Positions 51,674 through 64,000 of a stretch of DNA of 64,000 bases are shown one piece after another. The position numbers and the translations under genes were made by a program. Numbering within the stretch: the stretch's first letter is position 1; each line of letters begins with the position of its first letter. The stretch comes from Phoronis australis (Eukaryota; Animalia; Phoronida). The notes under the pieces were generated by a model, which was given only the letters and a program-made list of their open reading frames with translations, had not been told where the DNA came from and did not search any database. The stretch covers positions 675,252 through 739,251 of the forward strand of contig NMRA01000010.1 of assembly GCA_002633005.1 (NCBI GenBank), given 5' to 3'.

Positions 51674-53323
51674 CTATGTACGATCATGACTTGCCGTCGG
51701 ACTGGCATCATTACTGCCATCTAGTGGCACTAAGGTAGACTGTTTCTTGTTCCCACAACAAGAGCAGCAACGCCCACTGCGTTTTCTGTTGCGTGAATTC
51801 TTTTTGCGACGCCGCAGAAATAAACACAGAGCGATGAGAGACAAAAGAAGGAAAAAGCCAAACGAAGCCGCTGCTGCTACTTTCACTTCAAATGGAATAT
51901 TAATATTCCAATCGCCGTCTTTATCAACACCTGGGCGTTTGGTTGCAGGTTCACGGCTTATCCTATCGGCAGATGTCGTGGAACTTAAAGTTCCAACCGC
52001 ATCAGTCTTCAGAACGTATTTGTCTGCAGAGCCATGCACATTTGATGCTCGACAGAGATATTCGCCTGCATCAGCCGGTGTGAAGGGATTCAGAACGTAT
52101 ACCGCGCTGTTATTATAGTTGGTTTTGTTGATCGGTGGATCCTGAGTTTGGTTGAGACCGCTCGGCAAGTACCACGTGACGGTTGGCGCAGGGTTGCCAC
52201 GTGCATGGCAAAAAAAGTAGACAGACTTTCCGCTGCTTCGTGATCTGCCATCAACGAAGTATGCACGATCGATGATTGGCGGATCACACTCGAAGCTGAC
52301 CACGGGTAACGTCTTCAGGTCATTAACGAAAGTTGGTGATACACAGGATCCGTAGTTTTCGAAGTATTGAAACTGGTTATCGTCCAGAAGCGCTCTGTAC
52401 CAATGCATTTCGCAATTACAATGCAAGGGATTGGCTGACAAATCTAACGTAACTCGCCAGGGCACAATGTTATGATACTGGGCTATTGTAACAAGAACCG
52501 TTTCGAAATCTCGAGGAAATGTTTGGATTTTATTGTTGTTAATTTTGAAAGTGGTCAGTTGTTTCAACGTGGCAGATTCTTTAGAGTTTACAATCTTGTA
52601 GATCCTGTTCCTTGCTACGTCAAGGGTTTTCAACAAATGCAGTTGCTTGAACAACCCAAAGTCCAACGATTTTATTTTATTTCCAGATAAGATAATAACT
52701 TCCAAGTTGTTCAAATGCCTGAAAGGGTTCTCCATATTTGGCCCCTCAAGTTTTTCTATGTTATTCGTATCCAGATACATCGTCTGCAACAGCGGGAGGC
52801 GAAGATTCCACGGCAGTGCCGTCAGTTTGTTGTTTCGAAGATCGAGGTGAAGAAGGTTGGTTAGGTGATTCAGCATTTCTCCTTCGACGCTGGACAGCCT
52901 GTTGTTTGCTAGGATCAGATGGTTCAATTGTCTAAGACTTCTGAATGTGTCTCTGCCGAGAGTCATGAAACCATTTCCGCGCAAATCAAGATCTTGCAGT
53001 TTAGTTAAGTCTGCGAATGTGTTGTTCTCGACTATCTGTATTTTCCCACCATTTAGATGTAAGTATGTAAGGTTTTGAAATTTGCTGAAATCCTTCCTTT
53101 GTATGCTCTGTTTATGTAAATTGTCAACTTGCAAAAATGCGATGTTGTCCGGAATGTTCTGCGGAACATCGAACAGCAATAGACGTTTCGTACATCTGAC
53201 GTTGTACTTCTCGCTATTACATACACAATTATTCGAGCAACGGGCTTCTACTGACATACAGGAGCACGCCATCAAAACGTAGATGACAGCGCCACTGCTC
53301 AGGTGAAACGCAGCCGGAAGCAT
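51674..53323 (-). CDS. leucine-rich repeat and Ig domain type I transmembrane protein (LIG family; LRRN/LINGO/LRIT-like), 549 aa
   Basis: Signal peptide, LRRNT (CSNNCVC...C), multiple LxxLxLxxN repeats, LRRCT (NPLHCNC...C...C), Ig domain (C.ARGNPAPTVTW...DAGEYLCRASN.HG), TM helix (VAAAASFGFFLLLSLIALCLFL), basic stop-transfer segment and a short tail. Single coding exon; acceptor cag at 53327-53329 and a candidate 5' UTR exon donor at 53665/53664. Confidence 0.92.
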   Translation of the reverse strand: MLPAAFHLSSGAVIYVLMACSCMSVEARCSNNCVCNSEKYNVRCTKRLLLFDVPQNIPDNIAFLQVDNLHKQSIQRKDFSKFQNLTYLHLNGGKIQIVENNTFADLTKLQDLDLRGNGFMTLGRDTFRSLRQLNHLILANNRLSSVEGEMLNHLTNLLHLDLRNNKLTALPWNLRLPLLQTMYLDTNNIEKLEGPNMENPFRHLNNLEVIILSGNKIKSLDFGLFKQLHLLKTLDVARNRIYKIVNSKESATLKQLTTFKINNNKIQTFPRDFETVLVTIAQYHNIVPWRVTLDLSANPLHCNCEMHWYRALLDDNQFQYFENYGSCVSPTFVNDLKTLPVVSFECDPPIIDRAYFVDGRSRSSGKSVYFFCHARGNPAPTVTWYLPSGLNQTQDPPINKTNYNNSAVYVLNPFTPADAGEYLCRASNVHGSADKYVLKTDAVGTLSSTTSADRISREPATKRPGVDKDGDWNINIPFEVKVAAAASFGFFLLLSLIALCLFLRRRKKNSRNRKRSGRCCSCCGNKKQSTLVPLDGSNDASPTASHDRT

Positions 53324-55176
53324 GACCTGGAAAGAGAAAACTTTTCAGTATATTTCGATGTAACAGGGCGTGATGCAGAATACCTTTTGGCGGGTTCATT
53401 TGTGTAAAAACACATTTGTTAAACAGGCTAAAAGCATCATTCTCGAAAACATTCATTTCAATAACCTGAGTTTACAGAGTAATCTTTCAAATTCGCGTGC
53501 TTAAGATTAAGGGCAATATGAAGAGAAATGTCCCTCACATGTTATTTTAATACACAGAAATTTAAACGAAATTCGCCAATTTACAATAAAATTCAACCGC
53601 TAATTGCATGTTGCCTCACAGGCAAGGCATACTGAAGCCAATTTTCAAATTACGTTATACTCACCGTCGACAAACCTTATTTCGCCAGAAGTCCTTCAGA
53701 GTGTGAAACACCTCAGTCATCTAATGCTTCTTTTTCTAAACACGAGTGACCACATTCTCTTGAGCGGAATAACAAATCACCCGACTCTCCATTACAATTC
53801 CAGTACACTACTACGCCTGGTCACCAGTAGTAATTCGACAAACAATTCAATTAATTATACACGCATCACGAATTTTAAAAGGAATCGGGAATGTGGAAAT
53901 TGCCGCAAGTAGGCTGCATGTGCTAAATTTCAAGCCAGAGTAGGGGACAGTGATTTTAGAGCTTGTACGGGTGTGCTTAACTTTAAGCAGGACAAAATAT
54001 ACAGAAAAGCACTCTGTGCTTGATATGAAGCCAGATAAAAATGTGTTAACTTGTACTCATTAAATTTTGCTGAAATTGTCACAGTATACCTTGAAGTTGT
54101 TTCAATAATTATCAAAGCGGGCCTATGAAATCGTGACCTTGGACCAAAAGAGAAACGTTTAAATTTTCAAAAGAACCGGTTTATTATAAGGTTGGTGTTT
54201 ACTACAGGTTCATGTAACTAACTTTTTATCATTTGGTAACAGCTGTCAGTGTTCCATTCTGAAACTGAGATCCTATGATCCACGCGATAAAAACGTAACT
54301 TTTCTTTTCGTTTGCAAATAACTTTTCCGTACTCACGAATGTGCTAAAACGAACGAAAACGATACTTTTTCAGGCTTTCGAAATTCTTTTCGCGCACACA
54401 AATACTCTTACGACCATGCAACGCTTTTCAATAATAGAAGTTGCGTTTTCGCTTGTCCACACGAGAACTGAGTGAACGAGTCGTTTTTCGCGAAAAATCC
54501 CACTCTGCGTTCCAATAAGTTACTTTTTAGTTGCCTTTTTCCGTGTATAGACAAAAGTTACATTAACAAAGAAAAAGTTTCATTTTCATTTGAAAACACA
54601 ATCATGTGGAATCTAAAACGTATGACCTGTTAATTCATTAAATCTGTCTGAGCACTAGTTAATTTACCAAAGCAACGAGGTCACGGAATAAACGCTTGTA
54701 ACATCGTGTAGCCGAAAGTCCAACTTGGAATTTGTTCTGTCCCTTTTGTCTAACTTTCTTTAATGATGGTCGGTTAGATTATAATGTAATTATTACCCGC
54801 GTTATTACGAATGAATTTAAGAAATATTTGATAATACGAACTAAATTTCCATGATAGCAAGTAACAGCATATGTTCACGAAAACAACAACGGATTTAAAA
54901 CTTGACATGTTTCGGTGTCATTTATTAAACACCATCCTCAGAAGTCATAATACAGTGGCCACCTAGCTAGGCCCAGCAACAAGTAATGAAGCACAGATAC
55001 AGTCAGTTACAGGGAGTGACAATGAACTATACCAACAATGACAACCTGTGGTGTGTCAGTTGCCTATTGAGATTGGGCTTGCACCAACTGATATGTAAAG
55101 CCTCACGAATTTTAAGCTCCTTTGTTGTTACTGCCTGGTCTATTATTGCAAAGTCATTGAAAGAGCACTGCTGATA

Positions 55177-55910
55177 NNNNNNNNNNNNNNNNNNNNNNNN
55201 NNNNNNNNNNNNNNNNNNNNNNNNNNNNNNNNNNNNNNNNNNNNNNNNNNNNNNNNNNNNNNNNNNNNNNNNNNNNNNNNNNNNNNNNNNNNNNNNNNNN
55301 NNNNNNNNNNNNNNNNNNNNNNNNNNNNNNNNNNNNNNNNNNNNNNNNNNNNNNNNNNNNNNNNNNNNNNNNNNNNNNNNNNNNNNNNNNNNNNNNNNNN
55401 NNNNNNNNNNNNNNNNNNNNNNNNNNNNNNNNNNNNNNNNNNNNNNNNNNNNNNNNNNNNNNNNNNNNNNNNNNNNNNNNNNNNNNNNNNNNNNNNNNNN
55501 NNNNNNNNNNNNNNNNNNNNNNNNNNNNNNNNNNNNNNNNNNNNNNNNNNNNNNNNNNNNNNNNNNNNNNNNNNNNNNNNNNNNNNNNNNNNNNNNNNNN
55601 NNNNNNNNNNNNNNNNNNNNNNNNNNNNNNNNNNNNNNNNNNNNNNNNNNNNNNNNNNNNNNNNNNNNNNNNNNNNNNNNNNNNNNNNNNNNNNNNNNNN
55701 NNNNNNNNNNNNNNNNNNNNNNNNNNNNNNNNNNNNNNNNNNNNNNNNNNNNNNNNNNNNNNNNNNNNNNNNNNNNNNNNNNNNNNNNNNNNNNNNNNNN
55801 NNNNNNNNNNNNNNNNNNNNNNNNNNNNNNNNNNNNNNNNNNNNNNNNNNNNNNNNNNNNNNNNNNNNNNNNNNNNNNNNNNNNNNNNNNNNNNNNNNNN
55901 NNNNNNNNNT
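55177..55910. other. assembly gap
   Basis: Run of N. Confidence 1.
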
Positions 55911-56329
55911 CTTGGATAATACTTCAGGAATCAAGGAAAATACTTGATTTTTAGAGGTAAAAACAGAAAAATTTCCTGGGCGGGAGGGGGCCAAACCCCC
56001 TCCCGCCATTCGGTGCTATGCGCATCTACAATCGTGGTTCAGTTTGCGCAAATGCTTACAGCCGGACAAAATGTTGCCCCCCCCTTGTGATATCCTAGAT
56101 CCGCCACTGACATGTATCTTACTATCTCAACTTAAAGAGTCATAATTTCCAGGAAATTGAGAAAACGAACACAATCCTTGAAGGTGATAACTTGGTATAT
56201 ATATCTCATATAGTTTTGTCACGTGGTGAACAAAAACGTTTTTGTTTAAAGAAACACCCGTTAGAAAGCGAGTCACAGGATGCCCTGCAGAAACCTTCGG
56301 TACTTTTGCAGAATGACCACTTACATTTG

Positions 56330-56518
56330 AGGTGTTTTGGGGGCACTTCTCCACAAAAAAGAGCCACGAATGGCGCATTTGCCGTATTTTGGTAGTTCCT
56401 ACCCTTATAGTGAACTTTTGTCTCGTGTTCTGCTTTTTCGGACTTTTTGTTTGTCTGAGGCGGACCTTTTTGCCCACTTCGCCAAATGCGGGGGGCAGCA
56501 CCCCTGGGTGCGCGCATG
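56330..56518. mobile_element. MITE-like element, family A partial copy
   Basis: Ends CTGGGTGCGCGCATG; internal CTGAGGCGGACCTTTTTGCCCACTTCGCCAAAT is also present in 58572-58829. Confidence 0.7.
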
Positions 56519-58571
56519 TATTGAAGTAAAGGGATTAAGCACTCTTACACAACCTAATGGGACAAACCTTTCAAATTCTGTAGATCATGCTTGGTTCACT
56601 TCCAGTGTTTAAGAACTCATACAGCAGAGTTTGTTTAAAGATGCTGGTTTCGACTCTCTTTAGTTAATGAACAAAATTTGACCGCAAATCAATGTTCGTT
56701 CAACTTGTTATCAAATAATGTTCTGTTAACATGTAATCAATCGTTATTAAAACAACCAGAATTATTTAAGTTTTGTACTGGTGCTCGGCACTGAACTGCG
56801 CTTTCATCTTCTTTTGACAAGGAACTTGCACATCTGAGAGGCCTGGTTGATTTTCCATAACACGCTGGACTGATGTGTCGTGTTAGCGAAATCATGTTAC
56901 GAACTTGCAAACATAAACAGTGCAAATTACTTTGTAATCACTGAAGAACGGTTTACAGTGGCGGACCTAGGATACCATAAGGGGGGGGGGGCAACATGTT
57001 GCCTCGGGAAAACGGGCAAAGGTCGACTGTATGTGCACAGGCGGCCCGAAAGCTTGCGGGGCCGAGGATGTTGGCCTCCTGTTCGGAAAATCTATCGGTG
57101 AATGGACTAAAAAAAAAAGAAAAAAAACGGGAGCACGATTCCGCCGCGAACTGGGATCTGAGCCCCTTGGTCCTCTACCGGTCCTAGTTACTACATCCGC
57201 CTATGGCTTACCGGTGTTTTAAAACCAGATGAGATACTCTGAAACCTGCGGCGGCAGATAGATAGTATACATGCGGTAACATCTCAGAAATAAGAGCTCA
57301 AGTGGCCAATTTCAATTTCCAAAGTTTTCTAACATTATTTATGAAAGTCCAAAATTTTTCAAAATATAATCGGTGACTACGGCACTGAATTTCAACATGG
57401 CGAAGTATGAATCTGAAGTTACCTTTTATGGAAAAACGTCTGTCATATAATTGTATTCTAAATTGATGAGTTTTAATGACTACAACCACATAATCTTTTC
57501 AGGATATATGGGTACTCGAAACAATGTCAGAAATATTCAAAAATGTAAAAAAATGAAATTTTGGCAATTATTTTGTCTCAAATGGGTGAAATTTGACGTG
57601 ATTCTATAGCAGGTACCAGGGTAAATCATACTTCTACCAGGAGAACAAATGAACAGTTTAAATATATCAGTTTAATAAATGTTTGAGCTCAACAAGAATC
57701 CTTTAATAATTACAACTGACAAAATAAATTAAACAGGTGTGCTTCACCATACAAATGGCGGATACATAATGACATCCAATATTATCCACCAATCATGCCA
57801 GAGCCAAATAAAATTTGTGCAATACCACAAACAAACCCATAACCATATGACATTGCATAAATGAACCAAACATATTATTTCTCAGACACGAATTTCACTA
57901 ATCCCATAATATCCACACAGAGAATGAGTTCACAAGCTAATTTTGCACTGAGCCAAACAAATAGTATTTGGCGCAGATCACTGGTTGTTTTTTGAAAACT
58001 GATGCAATTATATACTATTTTATTTAACTGCCGGCCTTTTTCAAAAAAATAATCACTTAATACATTTGGTGGTGCAACACTGAAATAGGTAGGGTTATAG
58101 ACCCCCAGTCCCCTATGGTGCGCGGCCTATGTAATATCATCTGAAGTGGTACAGCTAGGCTTTTTTGCTAAGCTCAAACCAGCTTCTGTGATTGGCTGTA
58201 AGCATTTATAACAGAGATCATAGTTATCAAGCCACTATATATGACTACATTGAACATATTTGTGATACTTTTGAAAAACATTTTTGTTAAAAAATTATGC
58301 GGGTGCACACTTTCTTTTTTTCGCAGCCAGTATCATAACTAGTTGGGCACAGACCAGAACCAAATATGCTTTTTTGGCCTTACAAAAATCTTGATAGGAA
58401 TAGAAATGCACCAACTTGACTCCACTTGTCCCTGTTACAGATCACATGGCACTTCACAAATCAAAAAGATACATTACACAAAAATTCAGGTGTTATTTCC
58501 TATTTTGCACCTCTATTAACATATTTTTGAAAGCACCCAAAAGTGAAACCATTTCACTACGATTAGTATAA

Positions 58572-58829
58572 CATGCGCGCACCCAGCTTAAAAATGGGGG
58601 GCTTGAATTTTTGAAAATGTGGACCTTTTACTAAGATTCAAGGTGAACGTTCAGAGCTATGAAATGTCCATTCACGAATTTTGGTAGTTCTTGCCTTTTT
58701 AGTGGACTTTTGTCTCATTTTCTACTTTTTTCGGAGTTTTTGTTTCTCTGAGGCGGACCTTTTTGCCCACTTCGCCAAATTGGGGGGCTCATTCGAGTCC
58801 CCACGAGCCCTCCCCTGGATGCACGCATG
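58572..58829. mobile_element. MITE-like non-autonomous DNA element, family A, full length
   Basis: TIRs CATGCGCGCACCCAG / CTGGATGCACGCATG; the internal sequence is shared with 8863-9050, 10480-10729 and 56330-56518. Confidence 0.8.
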
Positions 58830-59099
58830 TTTAACAAACTGCACAGACACCAAACTGTTGTGATCAAAACATCAACACAGGTGACCACAACATACCACTG
58901 AAATGCTCACCTATACAGTAAGCAGGTAGCCTACACCTTTGCATTGTTTAAGAACACTACCACCATCAAACGCCAACAAAGCTAGAATTTAGTAAATAGT
59001 GAAAGACTACATCAAGATAATAAATCACACTTGTTGTGATAACAAGTAACAATCTCACCGATAAAATAAACAGTGTTACTGTACAGACTGAACAAAGCC

Positions 59100-59270
59100 T
59101 TGTCTAGAAGCCACAAATAGCTGATTAGCAGGCACTTAACGCCTTCATTTACAAACCACATATAGCTACTAGGCAGGTAGTTAAAACTTTGATTTACAAG
59201 CCACATATAGGTAACAGGCAGGAAGATAAACCCTGATTTACAAGCCACACACACTGGGCAGGTAGTTACA
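59100..59270. repeat. degenerate ~45-bp tandem repeat (about 4 copies) downstream of the RAB24 stop
   Basis: Recurring ATTTACAAGCCACATATAG...GGCAGGTAGTTA. Confidence 0.7.
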
Positions 59271-59974
59271 ATACGTAAGGTGACACTCAAGTGTGCAACC
59301 ACTGGAATGAACATGACTTTGTCCACTTTCATAAAATCTTTCACTGGACATCAAATTTACTAAAACAGACTCCATCCAGCAGTGACAACTTCTGTAGTTT
59401 ACAGTATATTGTTTCAAGTCATGGTCACAAAAAAACACACTGTAGCTGTAGCCACAAATTACCAATGACTAGAACATCTAAAAGCAAACTTAAGGAAGTT
59501 TTCAGACTGTCATGTAGTGAAAGTTGAGACATTATTTCATATTGCAGTCAGGTCTACCCGCATTAAAAGCTGATGAAAACCGACAATACACAGAGTGAAC
59601 AAACCACTCTATAACTGTATATATAAATACACAGGGCGGATGCCTAAATCCTACAAAAATCAATTCAACAGCTGTGTCTGGACCAAAAACGCTGCAGTCC
59701 CGGTCCTCTATTCTTTGTATCTCTTTATGCTTCAGTTTATTTTTGCACAGACTAATCTATTGAAATATTCACTCTATCATACACACTTATATAAAAATAA
59801 AACAAATTTACCATTACAATGATAATTATGACAACCAGTAGAATTATTACAAATTTGTCAAAAAATCAGCCAAGCTGTTTTACACATACTGACCCAACAT
59901 TGAATATGAATGTTTTACAAGTGCAATTCAATAATGCATATGAGACAATGAGATAACATAGGTTAACCTTGACA

Positions 59975-62900
59975 TCAGCAACATTTTAACATCTTTCGTT
60001 TGGGACTAGCATCATCTAATCGGAAACTGTCATCTTCTGAAAAACATAACAAAAGAGTTGATGTATTCGTAAAGTGAATTTAAAAACGAGTAAAATATAA
60101 AAATCAGTACGTCCACAAATTTTGTCAACAAGTGACAGGGCAGAGTAATGCCAAGAGACAAACAAAGCGCCAAGTGGGAACAATAAAGTCACATGATCAC
60201 AGTATACAAAGGAAAAGTTTGAATAGTAACAGCACCTGAAACTAACAAAGGCGAAATTACACAGATTTAGGAAGTGTCAAACAATTGTGTATTCAAGAGG
60301 TAATAATTGATTTTGCAAAAATAAACTTTAAGAACTTTGAGACTATTGAGACGATTATTTCAATCAGAAATTGGTGAGGCTATACCGTATTCCACCAGAT
60401 ACTCACCAGGAGCTTTTCCAATTTTGTTCTCGGGGTCTTTTACAAAGTCGTTGGCTATTTTTGAAAATAATTCACCTGTAAAACGCAAAAGTTTCAGAAC
60501 AAATTGTACATCAAATAATATGCAAACTACGTAATTATCATTATTGAGTTAAATTTAAAAACAAACGCAAAACTCAAAGTTGAATACACAACCAAGTACT
60601 TTATAAAAACTTACAAATTAACTGCAGCAATATTTGACATTAAACTCGACAATTGTTAAGTTTCATACATTTCAATCAAGTTTGTTGAAAGACACAGTTC
60701 CACAGTATACAACTGCAGACATAAACAAAAAACAAAATCAATATTAGATGTATTCTCACCTATATTCTCTCCAGTTTTACTTGATGTTTCAAACAACTGA
60801 GCCTTGACCTCTGAAAAGATTCATGTTATACTGGTAAACAATTGTTTGCACATAGTACATTGATCTTGTACAAAATAATCGGCTGTTACAGGCCATGGAT
60901 CGATTTGATGACCCGCAAATTTTCTTTGGCGACATGCTAAAAACAGGAAGTCACCAAGCACACATCTGAGCATGCGTTGAAAATACTGCACGAAGCAACT
61001 AGACGGAAATCTTTCCAGTTTGGCAAAAATCGAAAGGGTCCATTTAACACTCATGCACAGACAAAGTGTTCTGGGCAGTCTTTCGCAGAGGCAAGGAAGA
61101 AGATTTGATCACTTGATTTGTTTATAAAACATGGCATCTTGCAGTCTTGTGTAATCTTCTGTTTTCGCAAGATTTTCAACTATATGGAACGCATGCGAGG
61201 TCCCCTGCTTTTCACATTGGTACGCAGTTAGCCTGCATGGGATAACTGGCCTGAGTATGCATGACATATTCTTAATTTTATGTTCCACTATAAGGGCTGA
61301 TCACGAGCGTTTCTTTGAACATTTAATTAGCTCACTTCGCCAGTTCTTCAATTGAGACATTTTTCAATTTTTGACTATTGCCAACTATACTACATTTATG
61401 GGTACCAAGACTTTCACAAACCAGTATACGGGGTTTCCTTATTTTGGTGTGTTCATTTCCCGTTTGGCAGCCTGGGAGTTTTGCCATGTTGCATTTGTCG
61501 CGTTGCCATTATGCTAAGCATTGTAATATAAAGTGGACAGAAACTGGTGAAAATTCAACTTACAAACTAACTTCTAAATTTACTAATAATAAGAGTGTTT
61601 TTGGGCAATTATGCGTAAGGTTATAAACTTATGGAACATACAGGCATAGACATAACACAACCTTTACAGTGAAAGCATTAATACATCGAGCTCCACGTCG
61701 TCTGCTTCAACACCAGACATCTGCGACACAATGTAAGCTGGTCACTAGCGCACTCAGACATAACATACTCTATTCACTGAGAAGAGCTATTAAATGTACG
61801 GGATTGCTAGTGGCGATAGTTGTGTTTGTACATGCTGACTAGTACGCTTGTTTACAGAAATAAGATGCTCAAAAAATTTTTTTTGGAAATTCTGAAATGT
61901 TTAAGAATATATCGCCACCACATAAGGGCTGAGGTCGAAGTTCAATGTGCGAGACTCCCAGATAACACGGAGACATGACGAGTGTGTTAATACTGAAGTA
62001 TACATCTGGTTTTAAACTTCCCTATCACCACATTGTACTGCCACCCACCGTCAGCGAAGTCCGTGGTTGTATGGTAGTCCACTGCACGGTCATTTTTATT
62101 CCCAACCCTTCCTACTAGATCCTTCTTTGTACCAGCCAAATATATCTTGCACTTCTAAAAAAAAAAATAAAGCAATGGTTCAAGGTGCTTTTGTTACACA
62201 ACATGGTTACAAGCATTAGCAGAGTCATGCCTAGACCAGCATTACAGCACTAAACTGAGACAGACCGAAGCTGTCACCAAATGTGAAGTACCAGTGTTAT
62301 GCATTCCAAAGGTCTACTGTTGCTACATGTAATTGAATGCATAACTTCACAGGCTTGTCAATAAGGTCCTACACAACCTTATACAACTTAATAAGTTATT
62401 ATAATATACCCATAAAACTACATGTTTTAATATTCTTGATGATTACAGAATGTTTTGTGTACGAAAGCCGTGCCTAGATGTTCGTAATCACACGATTGCA
62501 TTTTTTTTCAAAAACCTGAGTTTTTAGGAAATTATCACAACAACAATTTGTTGCAACAAAATTGCCAATTCTGTTTCTAAGCTACAAATACATGTCTGTG
62601 CTTTTCACTTAAGTACAAATTTCAGAGAATAAAATTCGGAGGACTATACATGGACCTTCACAGATTAAGATGAAGATACGAGTAAGTTTGCACATGTACC
62701 AAATAGACCTCAAACACATATAACATTTTTTTATCCCGTCGACTGGGATTTAGAGTTCAATCAAATTTATAACAAAGGAAAAGAATGACCAAAAGCCTAC
62801 AAAACAAGATGAAAATTTAATTGTATCAACATCTGTCTTTGCCGCAACAACAGTGATCAGTGTGGCGTATCAGACAGTCAACAACATTGACAATCGCTCC

Positions 62901-63407
62901 TCTTGTGACGTACAGCACCCATTGTTGCTGTTGTTGTTGTTGTTGTTGCCAGCAACGGTGATTGTTGTTGTTACAACGTCCTAAGTGTCACGCACCCATT
63001 ATAAAACCTCGAAAAAGTTTACCTCCTCATTTTTCAATAATTCATCAATCCAAAACCGTGCTCTGTCAAAACTTGTCCTGTCAGTCAAATCAAAGCAGAC
63101 GACTGCCGCCTTGGCACCTCTGTAATAAATACGGCTCATGGCTTCGTATCTTTCACTTCCAGCTGTGTCCTAAACAAATCGGGAACAGTTAAATTAGCCA
63201 TGACAAACAGAGGCACATTTCATGCAACTGTAATTCGAATTGCGTACCAGGCGTCTCAACCATAGTAATAATTTGTTTGGTACTAACTGAAGAACATAAT
63301 CTGCACACGCTCATGGACTTGGTCACATCAATACCTACCCAAATACCCAAGACCAACGCTTGCCCGTCCACCTCAACTCTTTTGGCACCAAAGGCAGCAC
63401 CAATCGT
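59975..63407 (-). CDS. RAB24: Ras-related protein Rab-24, last six coding exons (5' end lies beyond the window)
   Basis: Phase-consistent exons 63407-63339, 63169-63023, 62154-62049, 60810-60760, 60475-60407 and 60036-59975. They give [51 protein letters not shown]...GTKKDL...[11 protein letters not shown]...[14 protein letters not shown] and TKxD are Rab24 signatures. Confidence 0.95.
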
Positions 63408-63685
63408 CTGAAATAAGTTAACAGGTATACTCTTTTTGTGGGTAATTTGGCAGCAAATTCTCTTTACCACACGTTTCGTCAAATACATCATTTACCAACT
63501 TCAGTTAGTTTAGCCACCTAATTCTCCACAAGCATTTGGGAAGGTTTTTCATAGTCTTTAACTTGCAGTTCAATCAAACACACTCCACGAGGGTAATCCT
63601 GCAATATAGCTGTCTAAACTAAAAGTTATCAGAAGTCATGAGAACCAATTCTTCCACGGCAGTTATTCACGGCACAAACAGTGGC

Positions 63686-63789
63686 AATAGTCTGATATAA
63701 CATGCCCGCATTTTGAGAACCAGTTAGATGCCCGTTATTTAATGGAGAAAACTAGTTCTCAAAATTCGGGCACGTTATATCAGACCATT
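63686..63789. mobile_element. 104-bp hairpin MITE, family B (RAB24 intron)
   Basis: AATAGTCTGATATAACATGCCCG...CGGGCACGTTATATCAGACCATT; homologous to 28811-28914. Confidence 0.8.
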
Positions 63790-64000
63790 ACCCAAAGAGT
63801 TTAACTTAAAGAAGACTTTGAATGACCTTTCAATTGCAAAGCATTATCTTTTGTTCTACCAAGCATTATTTATAAATAACATTTCCCATCCAAATAATGG
63901 AAACCAAGTTGTGCATTGGAAGAGAGTGGCACCTCCTCTCGGAGAATTTAACAAGAAAATGTCCGTGTTGCATGATCTATGGTGGGAGTAACATGTTCTC

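Noticed and set aside
55143-56009. 288-aa ORF
   Set aside because: Almost entirely assembly gap.
15042-63407. Functional glycophagy/trafficking cluster (PPP1R3 + CLINT1 + RAB24)
   Set aside because: Mixed orientations and unrelated interspersed genes; no sequence evidence of co-regulation beyond isolated E-boxes.

Overview
AT-rich, intron-containing genomic DNA from a bilaterian invertebrate; the species cannot be determined from sequence alone. It is a draft assembly with one 734-N gap and four single-N joins. Five protein-coding genes can be reconstructed by hand. (1) The last coding exon of GINS4/Sld5 (+, 6689-6785). (2) A PP1 glycogen-targeting subunit of the PPP1R3B/C type (-, single coding exon 15042-16028), with two candidate alternative first exons/promoters that each carry a ChoRE-like tandem E-box. 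(3) A complete 13-exon CLINT1/epsinR gene (+, 27772-46213, about 735 aa) with an expanded Met/Gln/Pro repeat and a candidate 30-nt microexon. (4) An intronless LRR-Ig transmembrane receptor (-, 51674-53323). (5) The last six coding exons of RAB24 (-, 59975-63407). The remainder is introns, UTRs and intergenic DNA with several MITE-like families, a tRNA-derived SINE head, mini/microsatellites and two N-centred tandem duplications that are probably uncollapsed haplotypes. I found no convincing wholly new system. The best leads are the putative sugar-responsive dual promoter and uORFs of PPP1R3, the CLINT1 microexon and repeat domain, and the orphan LRR-Ig receptor.
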